Source: Candidatus Moraniibacteriota bacterium (lineage in GTDB: Bacteria; Patescibacteriota; Minisyncoccia; Moranbacterales; UBA1568). Taken from it: a stretch of DNA of 64,000 bases. This document shows positions 1-9,190 of the stretch, piece by piece. The stretch spans positions 949,332 through 1,013,331 of the forward strand of contig CP064989.1 in assembly GCA_016699875.1 (NCBI GenBank), in the 5' to 3' direction. The position numbers and the translations under genes are program-made. The notes under the pieces are model-generated. The model saw nothing but the letters and a program-made list of their open reading frames with translations. It did not search any database and was not told the DNA's origin. Position 1 is the first letter of the stretch; the number at the start of each line of letters is the position of its first letter.

Positions 1-1
1 G

Positions 2-295
2 GGAAGTGGCGGTATTTATGTCGAGATCTTAAAAGATGCGGCATTCGGTCTTGTCCCGGTTTCGCAGAGCCGTGCCAGGCGCATGCTTGAGAAGCTTCGA
101 ATCTTTCCGCTCCTCGATGGCGCGCGGGGTGGTGCGAAATATGATGTTTCGGCAGGTGTCGAATGTATCAGTCGCCTTTCCCAGCTTCTCATTGATTTCC
201 CAGCTATTCGCGAACTCGATATCAACCCGATTCTTATCTATCCTGTGTCATCGGGTCATCGGCTGATGGTTGTCGACGGAAGAATTTCTTTGTAG
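2..295 (+). CDS. 3' fragment of an NDP-forming acyl-CoA synthetase / ATP-grasp CoA-ligase family protein (N-terminus lies outside the window)
   Basis: Frame-2 translation GSGGIYVEILKDAAFGLVPVS...FPLLDGARGG...ELDINPILIYP matches the conserved C-terminal region of ADP-forming acetyl-CoA synthetase type enzymes; stop at 293-295. Confidence 0.5.
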   Translation, partial: GSGGIYVEILKDAAFGLVPVSQSRARRMLEKLRIFPLLDGARGGAKYDVSAGVECISRLSQLLIDFPAIRELDINPILIYPVSSGHRLMVVDGRISL

Positions 296-348
296 GGGTG
301 AATGATGTGTCTTATGCGATGCGACTCTCTTCATGTGTAGTTGCTGTC

Positions 349-475
349 ACTTGTCATTCCCGCGAAGGCGGGAATCCAGGCTCCACTGGTTTTTGGAGAA
401 AGCACGCTACAAATTTTGCTCGTAAAGACTTTGTATTGAGTACGTGACAACCGGACTTCCGCCTTCGCGGGAATG
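349..475. repeat. 127-bp palindromic element with 19-bp perfect terminal inverted repeats (GTCATTCCCGCGAAGGCGG), each end itself a GC-rich hairpin; MITE/REP-like
   Basis: gtcattcccgcgaaggcgg at 349-367 and its exact reverse complement ccgccttcgcgggaatgac at 457-475; lies between convergent genes. Confidence 0.5.
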
Positions 476-525
476 ACGGAAGGGAAAATCCCCCATTTTT
501 CGTACAATTGTCAGAGTGAGCAGCT

Positions 526-1383
526 CTACTTCTTCTTTACGAAGTCGATGTGTTTGATTTCAATGTTTTCTTTCGGGTGATCGTTGGTATTGGTGTCGAC
601 TTTCTCGATTTTTCGGACGACATCCATGCCGTCCGTCACTTCGCCGAAGTTGGTATATTTCCCGTCGAGGAGTGGTGTTGATTTGGCAGTCACGATGAAG
701 AATTGCGAGCCATTGGTATTTGGTCCCGAGTTTGCCATGGCAACGGATCCTTCAATGAGTTTATGCGAATTGATCTCGTCGTCGAAGGCGTAACCGGGTC
801 CACCTTGTCCGTCGTCCGCCCAGTTATTATCCTTGGAATTCGGATCGCCTGCTTGAATGACGAATCCTTTTATGACCCGATGAAACCGAATGCCGTCATA
901 GAAATTGTCGGCGGCGAGTTTGAAGAAATTGTTTACGGTCTTTGGTGCGTCATCATTGTAAAAATGTATAGTGATGTTGCCTTCGCTCGTTTTGAGTATG
1001 GCTCCGTCATACTTCTTGATAAAAGAGAGGTCTTCTTTTTGGTAGGTGTCTTCCTCGATGGCGGGTTTTTCGGCTGGTGATTTCGTGTCGGCAGACGCCG
1101 GATCGTTTGCGTCGGGCGCAGCAGACTCCGCTGATGTTTGATCGCCGGCAACCTGCGGAGTCGGTGATGCGGGAGTTCTTGGTGTTGATGTTTGCGGTGC
1201 GGGCGATGCCGATGTTGCGGTGGAGGATGCGCTGTCTGATGACGTGTCGCCAAATGCCCGCGCGAGATAGCTGTAGTCTCCTGCCTTTTTGCTCTGCATG
1301 GTTTCCGCTGCTGGCTCCTGCGAACATCCGGAGAGGGTGAGAGTGGCGGTCAGAATGAGTGTTGAGAGAAAAAATCTTTTCAT
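526..1383 (-). CDS. ppiB: Cyclophilin-type peptidyl-prolyl cis-trans isomerase, lipoprotein (signal peptide + lipobox LTLSGC), low-complexity S/T/P/A linker
   Basis: C-terminal domain FHRVIKGFVIQAGDP...MANSGPNTNGSQFFIVT is a canonical cyclophilin core; N-terminus MKRFFLSTLILTATLTLSGC. Confidence 0.85.
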   Translation of the reverse strand: MKRFFLSTLILTATLTLSGCSQEPAAETMQSKKAGDYSYLARAFGDTSSDSASSTATSASPAPQTSTPRTPASPTPQVAGDQTSAESAAPDANDPASADTKSPAEKPAIEEDTYQKEDLSFIKKYDGAILKTSEGNITIHFYNDDAPKTVNNFFKLAADNFYDGIRFHRVIKGFVIQAGDPNSKDNNWADDGQGGPGYAFDDEINSHKLIEGSVAMANSGPNTNGSQFFIVTAKSTPLLDGKYTNFGEVTDGMDVVRKIEKVDTNTNDHPKENIEIKHIDFVKKK

Positions 1384-1513
1384 ACGGTTTTCAGATTCAC
1401 TTTTATTGTAATAGAAAAGAGTTTTCCTCTCAACAGAGCAAGTTTGTCCGGACGATCGACAGAAGGGTATTTTTGTGGTATATTTTTCGGTACTTTACTT
1501 GGGAGAAACCGAC

Positions 1514-2191
1514 ATGTCCCGACGGAATGTTTTTTTGATAGCGCTCAATATCTCGCTCATGGGAGCGTTTTCGTTGTTGGCTGTGCGAATGTTCGTGGCG
1601 AGAACAGACGGATATTTCTTTCTCTTGTGGAACCTATTCCTGGCGGCGATACCCTATTGGATAGCGGCATTCTTCGAGCGATCCCTCGGGAAAAATACCC
1701 ACATGACGAACGGCTTGTGGATTGTGTTTCTGGTGTGGCTGTTCTTTTTTCCGAATGCGCCGTATATCGTGACGGATTTCGTGCACCTCCCGTGGGAATA
1801 CGAATATTCACAGAGCTTTGCTTATGATTTTGTACTGGTCGCAACTTTTGCTTTTTCAGGGATGCTCTTCGGGATGGGCGCGCTCTTTCGAGTGCACCGG
1901 GCGCTTCGGAAGGCGATTGGCCGCTGGTGGGGAGACGCGGCAATGGTCGCGGTTATTTTCCTGTCGGGTATCGGAATTTATCTCGGGCGATTTCTTCGGT
2001 GGAACAGCTGGGATGCGTTTCTTAATCCGCTCCTCGTATTTCGCGACACGCTATCGCACTATGGCGATCCGGTGTGGTTTGCCCGCGCCGTAGCGCTCTC
2101 GTTTCTTTTTTCGATTGGTATCGGCGCGTCATATCTTTTCTTTGTTGCCGCATATTGGGCGCTTGGATGGCGGAGGAATAGGAGTAATTGA
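1514..2191 (+). CDS. Polytopic membrane protein, DUF1361-like
   Basis: Multiple hydrophobic helices; ATG at 1514 preceded by a GGAG RBS (the longer ORF from 1475 is less likely). Confidence 0.45.
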   Translation: MSRRNVFLIALNISLMGAFSLLAVRMFVARTDGYFFLLWNLFLAAIPYWIAAFFERSLGKNTHMTNGLWIVFLVWLFFFPNAPYIVTDFVHLPWEYEYSQSFAYDFVLVATFAFSGMLFGMGALFRVHRALRKAIGRWWGDAAMVAVIFLSGIGIYLGRFLRWNSWDAFLNPLLVFRDTLSHYGDPVWFARAVALSFLFSIGIGASYLFFVAAYWALGWRRNRSN

Positions 2192-2198
2192 AAGAAAG

Positions 2199-3353
2199 CT
2201 ATTCGTCATCCGAATCTTCGGCAAGCGTTTTCTTTACGCGGAGGGTAACGGTTTCCTTGCCAGGTGTTTTGGTCTCGGCTTCTATTTGTTTTCTGGTTTC
2301 CAGGGGGAGTGAGGCGAGCGCTTTTTTGACGAGCGTTTGGTTTACGGCGAGGACACTCTCCCATTTGCCGAGAGGTTCGAGGCGGTCGCGGAGCTTTCCG
2401 GCGTCGTATTCGTACTTCTGTGTTCGCGCGCGTTCGATAATGCCGACATCGCCGAAGAGTCGCTCGACATCCTCGGCGTCCATGTATTCGAGTATTGTCG
2501 CTTGGAGTTTCATGAGTTTCTGTTTGTCGAGCTCGATCGCGCGCTTGGTGGCGAGGTAGTCGTTTACCGCCTGCTCTTTCTCCTCGGTGGTTGCTGTGCG
2601 GAGTTCGCGGAATTTGTGTTTCCACATGGGGCAAACTTTTTGGAAGCCGCACCAGTCGCAGAGAGGATTGATTCGCGGTTCGAAATGCTTGGCTTCGATT
2701 TCCCCGATTGTCTCGAGGAAAATGTCGTCGACGTCTTTCAAATCTTCAATCGTCCGCCGCGAAGAGAGTTTCACGCCGTGCTTCAAGAAGTAAAGGCTTA
2801 CTGTGAGATGATCGAGGTTGTTAGCCTCTTGCGGATAGCGAGCGAGGAATGCTTTGGCATACACAGAGAGCTGGAGATTGGTGTTGACATCTGCCTGCGA
2901 AGGGAGTTTGCGCCCGGTTTTGTAGTCGATGATTTCATAGCCGTCCGCAGTCTTGTCGATACGGTCGATGATACCTTTCACGGTATGTGTCGTGCCGTGT
3001 GCGTCGGCGATCTCTATTTGAAACGGACTCTCGAGTGCGACGATCGTAAATTGCGTCGGGTCATTGTGCTCGACATATCGGCGGATCATATCGACACCGG
3101 CGGAAAAGGCGGCGCGCTCTTCGTCCGGATTATCATAGACCGCATCGTTCCAGTTCTTCGAGAAATGGTTGAGCGCATCTTCCAAAGAGGGTGGGAGAAG
3201 CGCCGGCTCGTGGAAGAACTTCAATGTTGAGTGAATGAGCGTCCCAAAGATGGCTTCTTTCGATTTCGGTTCTTTGAGCCGATCGATTTCTTTGAACTTG
3301 TACTTCAGAGGGCAGGTTTGATACGTGCCAAGGGAGGAATAGGAGAGACGCAT
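2199..3353 (-). CDS. PD-(D/E)XK nuclease family protein with a Cas4/AddB-type 4-Cys iron-staple (N-terminal C...C-terminal CxxCx5C), charged coiled-coil C-terminal extension
   Basis: MRLSYSSLGTYQTCPLKYKF..., DYKTG, ...CDWCGFQKVCP motif arrangement typical of RecB/Cas4-like nuclease domains; start taken at the internal Met (3353) rather than ORF start 3425. Confidence 0.6.
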   Translation of the reverse strand: MRLSYSSLGTYQTCPLKYKFKEIDRLKEPKSKEAIFGTLIHSTLKFFHEPALLPPSLEDALNHFSKNWNDAVYDNPDEERAAFSAGVDMIRRYVEHNDPTQFTIVALESPFQIEIADAHGTTHTVKGIIDRIDKTADGYEIIDYKTGRKLPSQADVNTNLQLSVYAKAFLARYPQEANNLDHLTVSLYFLKHGVKLSSRRTIEDLKDVDDIFLETIGEIEAKHFEPRINPLCDWCGFQKVCPMWKHKFRELRTATTEEKEQAVNDYLATKRAIELDKQKLMKLQATILEYMDAEDVERLFGDVGIIERARTQKYEYDAGKLRDRLEPLGKWESVLAVNQTLVKKALASLPLETRKQIEAETKTPGKETVTLRVKKTLAEDSDDE

Positions 3354-3493
3354 AGGGAGGATGAAAATTTCAAATTCAAAATTCCAAGTTCCAAAGAAAG
3401 CATACATTACAAGTATCAAATCCAAGGCTACTGTAGCAGGAAGTGAAGAAAAGAAAAACCGGCGCGCTTTGCGGGCGTGCCGGGTTGGACGAC

Positions 3494-3994
3494 TTATTTA
3501 CTCATCTTTTCGATCTCCTGCCGAATAGCTGCAATGTCCTGTTGAACAGCTGCAAGCCCCGCATTAGCTTCGTTGATCTGCTTTGTAACTTTTTCGGGAT
3601 CATGGGAGCTCTGGCTGTGATGCGCCGGCGAACTGAGTGATTTTTGTTTGAGAAATAGCACTAGTTGTTTGAGATGCCAATTTACGAGGTATGTCCAGGA
3701 GAGTCCCTTGACAGAAAGTAAATCGAAGAGGTTTGGCACTAAGAATTCATGAAATTCCGTGTAGTTTCCATCAATGAAATCCTTTATGGGAAGCCATATG
3801 CATGGACCATAGTGTGGCTGTGCCTCAATGATGGTGTGTTCCAGGAGTGCCACGGCTGCTTCCTTGAAATACGCGCAAGCTTCTTTCCCTGTAAAGCAGT
3901 CACTGCTGAATTTGGTTATTCTTTGTATCTCCTCTCTCGAAAAATCTTGATGATGAATCGGAAGTGACTTACTTCCAAGGCTACCCATAGGCAT
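3494..3994 (-). CDS. Hypothetical protein with C-terminal coiled-coil
   Basis: 166-aa ORF, no recognisable family; sits between the nuclease gene and the IS copy. Confidence 0.35.
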   Translation of the reverse strand: MPMGSLGSKSLPIHHQDFSREEIQRITKFSSDCFTGKEACAYFKEAAVALLEHTIIEAQPHYGPCIWLPIKDFIDGNYTEFHEFLVPNLFDLLSVKGLSWTYLVNWHLKQLVLFLKQKSLSSPAHHSQSSHDPEKVTKQINEANAGLAAVQQDIAAIRQEIEKMSK

Positions 3995-4205
3995 GGTGTA
4001 TTCTCCTTCAGTTTTCAGGCGGACTGTATTGTTGAAAGAAAATGGCGATAGTCTTATCGGGAGTTGAGCTCTTTCAGGGCTTTTCGATAGGCTTCTCTCC
4101 AGGTATAGAGCCAGTAAAGAAAGCTACCTGTTTTTTCCCAAGCAAGCGCTGCTGCAAAATCAGCTGCCGATGCTGCGGTTCTTTCCTGCTCATCCGTAGG
4201 TATAA

Positions 4206-5053
4206 GAACCTGTTTACAATCTTTTCAACAACAATCGAGCAAAACTTAAAACCATCATCTGTAAGCTCGAATCCAGTGTCCGTTCGCAATTCTTCCAGAG
4301 CCTTCGGCATTTCTCCAGCCAGGAGAAGCTTCTCTCGACCACCCAGCGCTGAGGAAGAACGGCAAACGTATGCAATTCGTTTCGTTTAGCTACTCCCACT
4401 TCCGCACCGATACATGCTTTGATCGCTTTGGCGAAGTTTTCTCCGGTATAACTACCATCAGTCAAGAGTTTCTCCACCCGTGAAAGGTGTTTTTTGTTTG
4501 CCTTGACGGCTTGGATAGCTCCATTTCGATCAGTGACGTTAGCAGTGGTTACCGTGAACGCATGCGGCAATCCGTTGGTGTCAACGAGAATATGTCGCTT
4601 GATACCGGAAACTTTTTTTCCTGCATCATAACCTTTTTCTCGAGCCGTATCTGTATTCTTGACACTTTGAGCATCAACGATGCAGAAACTGGTTTTGCAT
4701 TGTTTGCCATTTTTCATACGTTCTTGTTCGACCAATTTTTTTAAGACTTGCTCAAGCATACTCTCTGTCTGTTTGTTTTTTCGTTCCTTCCAGACAAGGA
4801 AGTGTCGATAGACACTCTGCCATTTTGGATAATCCTTGGGAAGTGCCCTCCATTGGCAACCCGTGACCAGAATGTAGAGCAGAGCGTTGAATACGTCATA
4901 GGAATCAAGTGTCTTTGGTTTGGTTCTCTTCCTGGTTGATTCGAGAAATGGTCTGATGTGTTCGAATTGTTCTCGGGTTATGTCGCTTGGATACATGGTT
5001 CTTTTGGTTTGAGGATTATGTCCTCAGTGTACCAGAAGATTGTAAACAGGTTC
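4206..5053 (-). mobile_element. IS5-family insertion sequence (IS1031/ISL2-like), copy 1, 848 bp, 18-bp perfect terminal IRs GAACCTGTTTACAATCTT, 3-bp TSD TAA
   Basis: Left end gaacctgtttacaatctt at 4206; right end aagattgtaaacaggttc ending 5053; flanking direct TAA at 4203-4205 and 5054-5056; near-identical copy at 39982-40830. Confidence 0.85.
4214..4996 (-). CDS. IS5-family DDE transposase (intact single ORF, 260 aa)
   Basis: N-terminal LYILVTGCQWRALPKDYPKWQSVYRHFLVW (DUF4096-type HTH region) followed by a DDE domain (GYDAGKKVSGIKRHILVDTNG...). Confidence 0.85.
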   Translation of the reverse strand: MYPSDITREQFEHIRPFLESTRKRTKPKTLDSYDVFNALLYILVTGCQWRALPKDYPKWQSVYRHFLVWKERKNKQTESMLEQVLKKLVEQERMKNGKQCKTSFCIVDAQSVKNTDTAREKGYDAGKKVSGIKRHILVDTNGLPHAFTVTTANVTDRNGAIQAVKANKKHLSRVEKLLTDGSYTGENFAKAIKACIGAEVGVAKRNELHTFAVLPQRWVVERSFSWLEKCRRLWKNCERTLDSSLQMMVLSFARLLLKRL

Positions 5054-5141
5054 TAAGAGGTATAGGCATTGGATTCTCCTTCTTTGCTATGTGGGTTGTC
5101 AAAAAACTGCTTTCATGCAAAAATAGCACAGATATGGGTAA

Positions 5142-7178
5142 ATGTCAATGAAATCTGATACATTCAAACTCAAAGCACCCTACCAGCCGGCAGGGGATCA
5201 GCCGAAGGCGATCAAAGCGCTTTCGGAGGGATTGCGGGCGGGGATGGGGCGGCAGACGCTTCTCGGGGTGACGGGTTCAGGGAAAACCTTTACCGTAGCA
5301 AATATCATTGCAGCGTTTGGGAAGCCGACCTTGGTCATTGCGCACAATAAGACGCTTGCGGCACAGCTCGCGCAGGAGTATCAAAGTTTCTTTCCGGATG
5401 CGGCGGTGCACTACTTCGTCTCGTACTACGACTTCTATCAGCCCGAGGCCTATATCCCGGCGAGCGACACCTATATTGAAAAGGATGCGGCGATCAATGT
5501 GGAGATCGAGCGGTTGCGGCACGCCTCGACGCAGGCGCTTCTCACGCGGCGCGATACGATTATTGTGGCATCGGTATCGTGCATCTATGGCTTGGGATCG
5601 CCCGAGGAATACGAGCGGGAGAACCTCCGTGTCGAGCGGGACATGCGATGTCCACGCGCGGAATTCTTGCGGGCACTGATTGATCGGCACTTCGAACGGA
5701 CGACGGCCGATCTTTCGCCTGGGACATTTCGCGCAATGGGAAATCGGATCGAGGTGATGCCGGTTCAGGAGAAGATTGTCTTTGAAATCGAGCTCTCGGG
5801 CGAATCGATCGGACGCATTCGCAAGATAGATCCGGTGTCGCAGGCGATCCTCGAGGAGCCGGACGCGTTCTTTCTCTTCCCGGCGAAGCATTTTGTGACG
5901 ACGGAGGAAGAGCAACGGCGCGCGCTGGTGTCCATTCGTGCCGAGCTTGAGGAGCAACTCAAGAAACTGACCGATGCCGGGAAGCTTCTTGAAGCGGATC
6001 GGCTGAAGCGCCGGACCAACTACGATCTCTCAATGATCGAAGAAATCGGCTATACGAACGGTATCGAGAACTACTCGCGGCATCTCTCGGGGAAGACTGC
6101 CGGAGAACCTCCGGAGACGCTTCTTTCATATTTCCCGAAGACGCCCGATGGCGCGCCGGACTTTCTCACGATTCTCGACGAGTCGCATGTGACACTTCCG
6201 CAGATTCGCGGCATGTATGCGGGCGACCAATCGCGCAAGAAAACGCTTGTCGAACACGGCTTTCGACTGCCGTCCGCACTCGATAATCGCCCGCTTCGCG
6301 GCGAGGAGTTCGAAGCGCGTATCGGGCAGATGATTTTTACATCGGCGACACCTGGCACGGAAGAACGGCGAACGAGCCGAAATATTGTGGAGCAAGTGAT
6401 CCGTCCGACGGGACTCGTTGACCCGTTACTGACGATGAAACCGGTGCGCGCCGGCGAAGAGTATGCGGGACAAATCGTTGATTTTATCGCTGAAGCGGAG
6501 AAGGAAATTTCAAGCGGCGGCCGAGTCATTGCGACGACCCTGACGAAGAAAATGGCGGAAGATCTCTCCACATTTCTGAAAGAGAAAAATATCAAAGCGG
6601 AATATCTTCACAGCGATGTGAAGACAATCGATCGTATTCGAATCCTCACGAAATTCCGCCGTGGCGAATTCGACTGTCTTGTCGGAGTAAACCTCTTGCG
6701 CGAGGGGCTCGACCTGCCCGAGGTGACATTCATTGGTATTCTCGACGCGGACAAAGAAGGCTTCTTGCGATCCGAAACCTCGCTCATCCAGACGATTGGT
6801 CGCGCCGCACGAAACGTCTCGGGGCGCGTGACGCTCTATGCCGATACGGTGACCGGGTCGCTCAAGCGCGCGATCGATGAGACGAATCGCCGCCGCGATA
6901 TCCAGCTTGCCTACAATGTGGAGCACGGCATTACACCGGAAACGGTGCGTAAAGAGATTCACGATATCACGGACAAAATCGAGAGTGATCACGATCGCGC
7001 CGTTCGCGCCGATCTTGCGCTTGATGAGAGAGTCTTCGGAACAGACAAAAAGAAACTCATCCGCCGAAAAAAAGCCGAGATGAACGAGGCTGTGAAAATG
7101 CTCGACTTCGAGACTGCCGCTATTCTTCGAGATGAGATTCGGGAGTTGGAGAATGTTGACAGAAAGAGAAATGTTTGA
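5142..7178 (+). CDS. uvrB: Excinuclease ABC subunit B
   Basis: GVTGSGKTF Walker A, helicase motifs, C-terminal UVR domain (FETAAILRDEIRELE). Confidence 0.95.
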   Translation: MSMKSDTFKLKAPYQPAGDQPKAIKALSEGLRAGMGRQTLLGVTGSGKTFTVANIIAAFGKPTLVIAHNKTLAAQLAQEYQSFFPDAAVHYFVSYYDFYQPEAYIPASDTYIEKDAAINVEIERLRHASTQALLTRRDTIIVASVSCIYGLGSPEEYERENLRVERDMRCPRAEFLRALIDRHFERTTADLSPGTFRAMGNRIEVMPVQEKIVFEIELSGESIGRIRKIDPVSQAILEEPDAFFLFPAKHFVTTEEEQRRALVSIRAELEEQLKKLTDAGKLLEADRLKRRTNYDLSMIEEIGYTNGIENYSRHLSGKTAGEPPETLLSYFPKTPDGAPDFLTILDESHVTLPQIRGMYAGDQSRKKTLVEHGFRLPSALDNRPLRGEEFEARIGQMIFTSATPGTEERRTSRNIVEQVIRPTGLVDPLLTMKPVRAGEEYAGQIVDFIAEAEKEISSGGRVIATTLTKKMAEDLSTFLKEKNIKAEYLHSDVKTIDRIRILTKFRRGEFDCLVGVNLLREGLDLPEVTFIGILDADKEGFLRSETSLIQTIGRAARNVSGRVTLYADTVTGSLKRAIDETNRRRDIQLAYNVEHGITPETVRKEIHDITDKIESDHDRAVRADLALDERVFGTDKKKLIRRKKAEMNEAVKMLDFETAAILRDEIRELENVDRKRNV

Positions 7179-7551
7179 TTCTCTATAGCAGAAATGAGTT
7201 CTTTGGAATTCTTCTTTCAACCCTGTGGAGGGTATCGCGATGGGTAGGATAAATATTCCTTTGCTGGCTTTTCTTTGGGTTTCCCCCGTAGCCTTTTGTC
7301 GGCGGATGAAAAGTCGTATGCGCTTCTGGGTATTGCTTCAAGAAGCTCGCTGCACGCTCCTTCTCCTAAAAGTTTTGATTCTATTCTCGCAAGAAAGCGA
7401 GAAGTCGGATATGAGGAGAAAATATGTTGAGCTAAGGGCGTATCAGAAGACCCTTAGAAAAGAGGAAGGATGAACATGGAGAGTTCGAGAAAAAACCGCG
7501 CTGGGTTTTAAGGCGTGGTTTTCTTTCTTTCGTCGTTGTTATTATCATTGC

Positions 7552-8523
7552 TCAATTCCGTCCTTCGAGTGTGTCAAAGAGCTTTCCGATACATGAAAAA
7601 TGCCCATTTTGATAAAGTGCGGAATGACCCTTGGTTACGGTAACAATTCCATCTATCTTTTTTGTTTCATAAAGAGTTTGCAATATCTCCTTCATATCCT
7701 CAAAAGGAAATACGGCATCATTTATGGGAGCGGCGACGAGGATTTTTGTGTTCAGATTTTTCAGATTTGAGGTATTGCGAATCTTTTCGAGGTTTTCACA
7801 GAGATCAGTTGTAGCGATTCCCACGATTTCTTCCATGGATCGAAAGATATTTTGCAGTACGTAGACCACCCCTTTTTGAAGTGCTGTTTTTCTTCTTTGC
7901 CTCTCCTCTTCCGATTCTGAACCATGACTTTTGAAAAGATCGCTGACAAAATTTCGGGCGAGACTGGTGATGGATCTTATAAAATTTTCTCGGTCAGTCT
8001 TATTGATAAATCCCGCTGGGGCAAAAAGTATGATGTTTCGGAATCGCTCGGGATTTTCTGCGGCAGCCTCGATAAGATTTATTGTTCCTTCGGAATGTGT
8101 GATAGCATCGACTCTTGGTGTACCTCTTCGTTCAAGTTCCTCAAGTACCTCGGAAATATTGAGAGATCTTCTGGAAAGTTCTGTTGAGGCAAATCTATTT
8201 TTGTCGTTTTCAATCCGCCTCCCTCCAAATCGAGGATGGTCAACTGTAAGAACTCGTCTTCTGTTTTCTTGAACAAATTCAAGGATGCTCTTCTCATAGA
8301 TAGCTTCGGTGCCTCCGAATCCGGGAGCAAGAAAAACAGGAACCTCGGAAATAGGGTCCTTGGGAATGAATTCATAGACCTTTGTTTTTCCTCCTGCTGT
8401 TTCTATTGCCCATTCTTCCTTTCGTGAATCTTGCAACTCTGGTTTTGTTGGGTCTTCAGAACTCTTAGCAATCGCTTTCTTCTCTCCTGCGGAGGGATTT
8501 TCAAAGAAATTTCTGAGAAACAT
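7552..8523 (-). CDS. Alpha/beta-hydrolase fold protein (esterase/lipase-like)
   Basis: VFLAPGFGGTEAIYE... and nucleophile-elbow-like ITHSEGTINLIEAA; start trimmed to the Met at 8523 because the upstream low-complexity extension overlaps the next gene. Confidence 0.55.
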   Translation of the reverse strand: MFLRNFFENPSAGEKKAIAKSSEDPTKPELQDSRKEEWAIETAGGKTKVYEFIPKDPISEVPVFLAPGFGGTEAIYEKSILEFVQENRRRVLTVDHPRFGGRRIENDKNRFASTELSRRSLNISEVLEELERRGTPRVDAITHSEGTINLIEAAAENPERFRNIILFAPAGFINKTDRENFIRSITSLARNFVSDLFKSHGSESEEERQRRKTALQKGVVYVLQNIFRSMEEIVGIATTDLCENLEKIRNTSNLKNLNTKILVAAPINDAVFPFEDMKEILQTLYETKKIDGIVTVTKGHSALYQNGHFSCIGKLFDTLEGRN

Positions 8524-8560
8524 AGAAGTGTGCAGGTAGACAGGTGGAGAAGTGTCTGGA

Positions 8561-9001
8561 CTATATCCCCCAGATGGCGAAGAAGAGAAGCGTGAGGAGG
8601 ATGCCGACCAGGCCGCCCACGGCGACTTCTTCGGGTTTGTGACCGACGCGCTCTTTGAGGCGGGGAAATTGCGATTCATCGAGCTTGAGTTCCTTGGTGA
8701 GATTGTTGAGGTAGCGAGCGTGCTCGCCCATGTAGACACGGAGCCGAAGCGCGTCAAAGATGACAATGATGGCAAGTGTGAGTGCTATGGCAAAAGATAC
8801 GTGCGTGAAGCCGTCGACGAGCGCGACCGTGGTGACGAGTGAAGCGACGAATGCGGTATGCGCGCTTGGCATGTGACCATAGGCGATCGAGTAGCGCAGA
8901 TCCCAGCCGTGCTTGCGACAGTAGTTGGCAAACTTAATCCCTTCGGCGATGATGACGACGAGTATCGGAATGAGAAACAACATAATTTCATTGCGAATCA
9001 T
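8561..9001 (-). CDS. Divergent PAP2 family membrane protein (DUF212)
   Basis: YGHMPSAHTAFVASL motif and four TM helices typical of DUF212/acid-phosphatase-like proteins. Confidence 0.6.
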   Translation of the reverse strand: MIRNEIMLFLIPILVVIIAEGIKFANYCRKHGWDLRYSIAYGHMPSAHTAFVASLVTTVALVDGFTHVSFAIALTLAIIVIFDALRLRVYMGEHARYLNNLTKELKLDESQFPRLKERVGHKPEEVAVGGLVGILLTLLFFAIWGI

Positions 9002-9190
9002 AGGGGTGAAGATAATAAGGGATTAAGAATGGGGAAGAGAGAATGAGGAATTAAGAATAAAGAACGATAGCTTTCTTCTATTATACATCGCATTGCCTGT
9101 TTGTGGCAGGAGCTTCTCAAGAGGGGGATTTTGTGCTACTGTGAGGGTGTTGGAGTAAGATTTTTCTTTAACTGAGGCGGGCTTTTCGGG

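Noticed and set aside
4042-4389. 115-aa ORF reading from the intergenic region into the IS, and the C-terminal 60 aa of ORF 38765-40165
   Set aside because: Both share an identical tail (NLFTIFSTTIEQNLKPSS...IRFV) encoded by the left IS end, so they are read-through artefacts of the insertion rather than genes
5277-5957. 226-aa antisense ORF inside uvrB, and many similar long ORFs antisense to clear genes (e.g. 10931-12406 opposite pyk, 16407-17195, 17235-18038, 47502-48410, 50309-51223, 62946-63704)
   Set aside because: They overlap well-supported conserved genes on the opposite strand, have Arg/His-rich low-complexity translations typical of antisense frames in ~50% GC DNA, and have no RBS or homology support
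7225-7473. 82-aa plus-strand ORF in the uvrB / hydrolase intergenic region
   Set aside because: No RBS, odd composition, overlaps probable terminator hairpins; more likely non-coding
8524-8775. Long S/T/P-rich N-terminal extension of the alpha/beta hydrolase ORF (start at 8775)
   Set aside because: It overlaps the DUF212 gene on the same strand in a different frame and is low-complexity; the internal Met at 8523 gives a normal-length hydrolase
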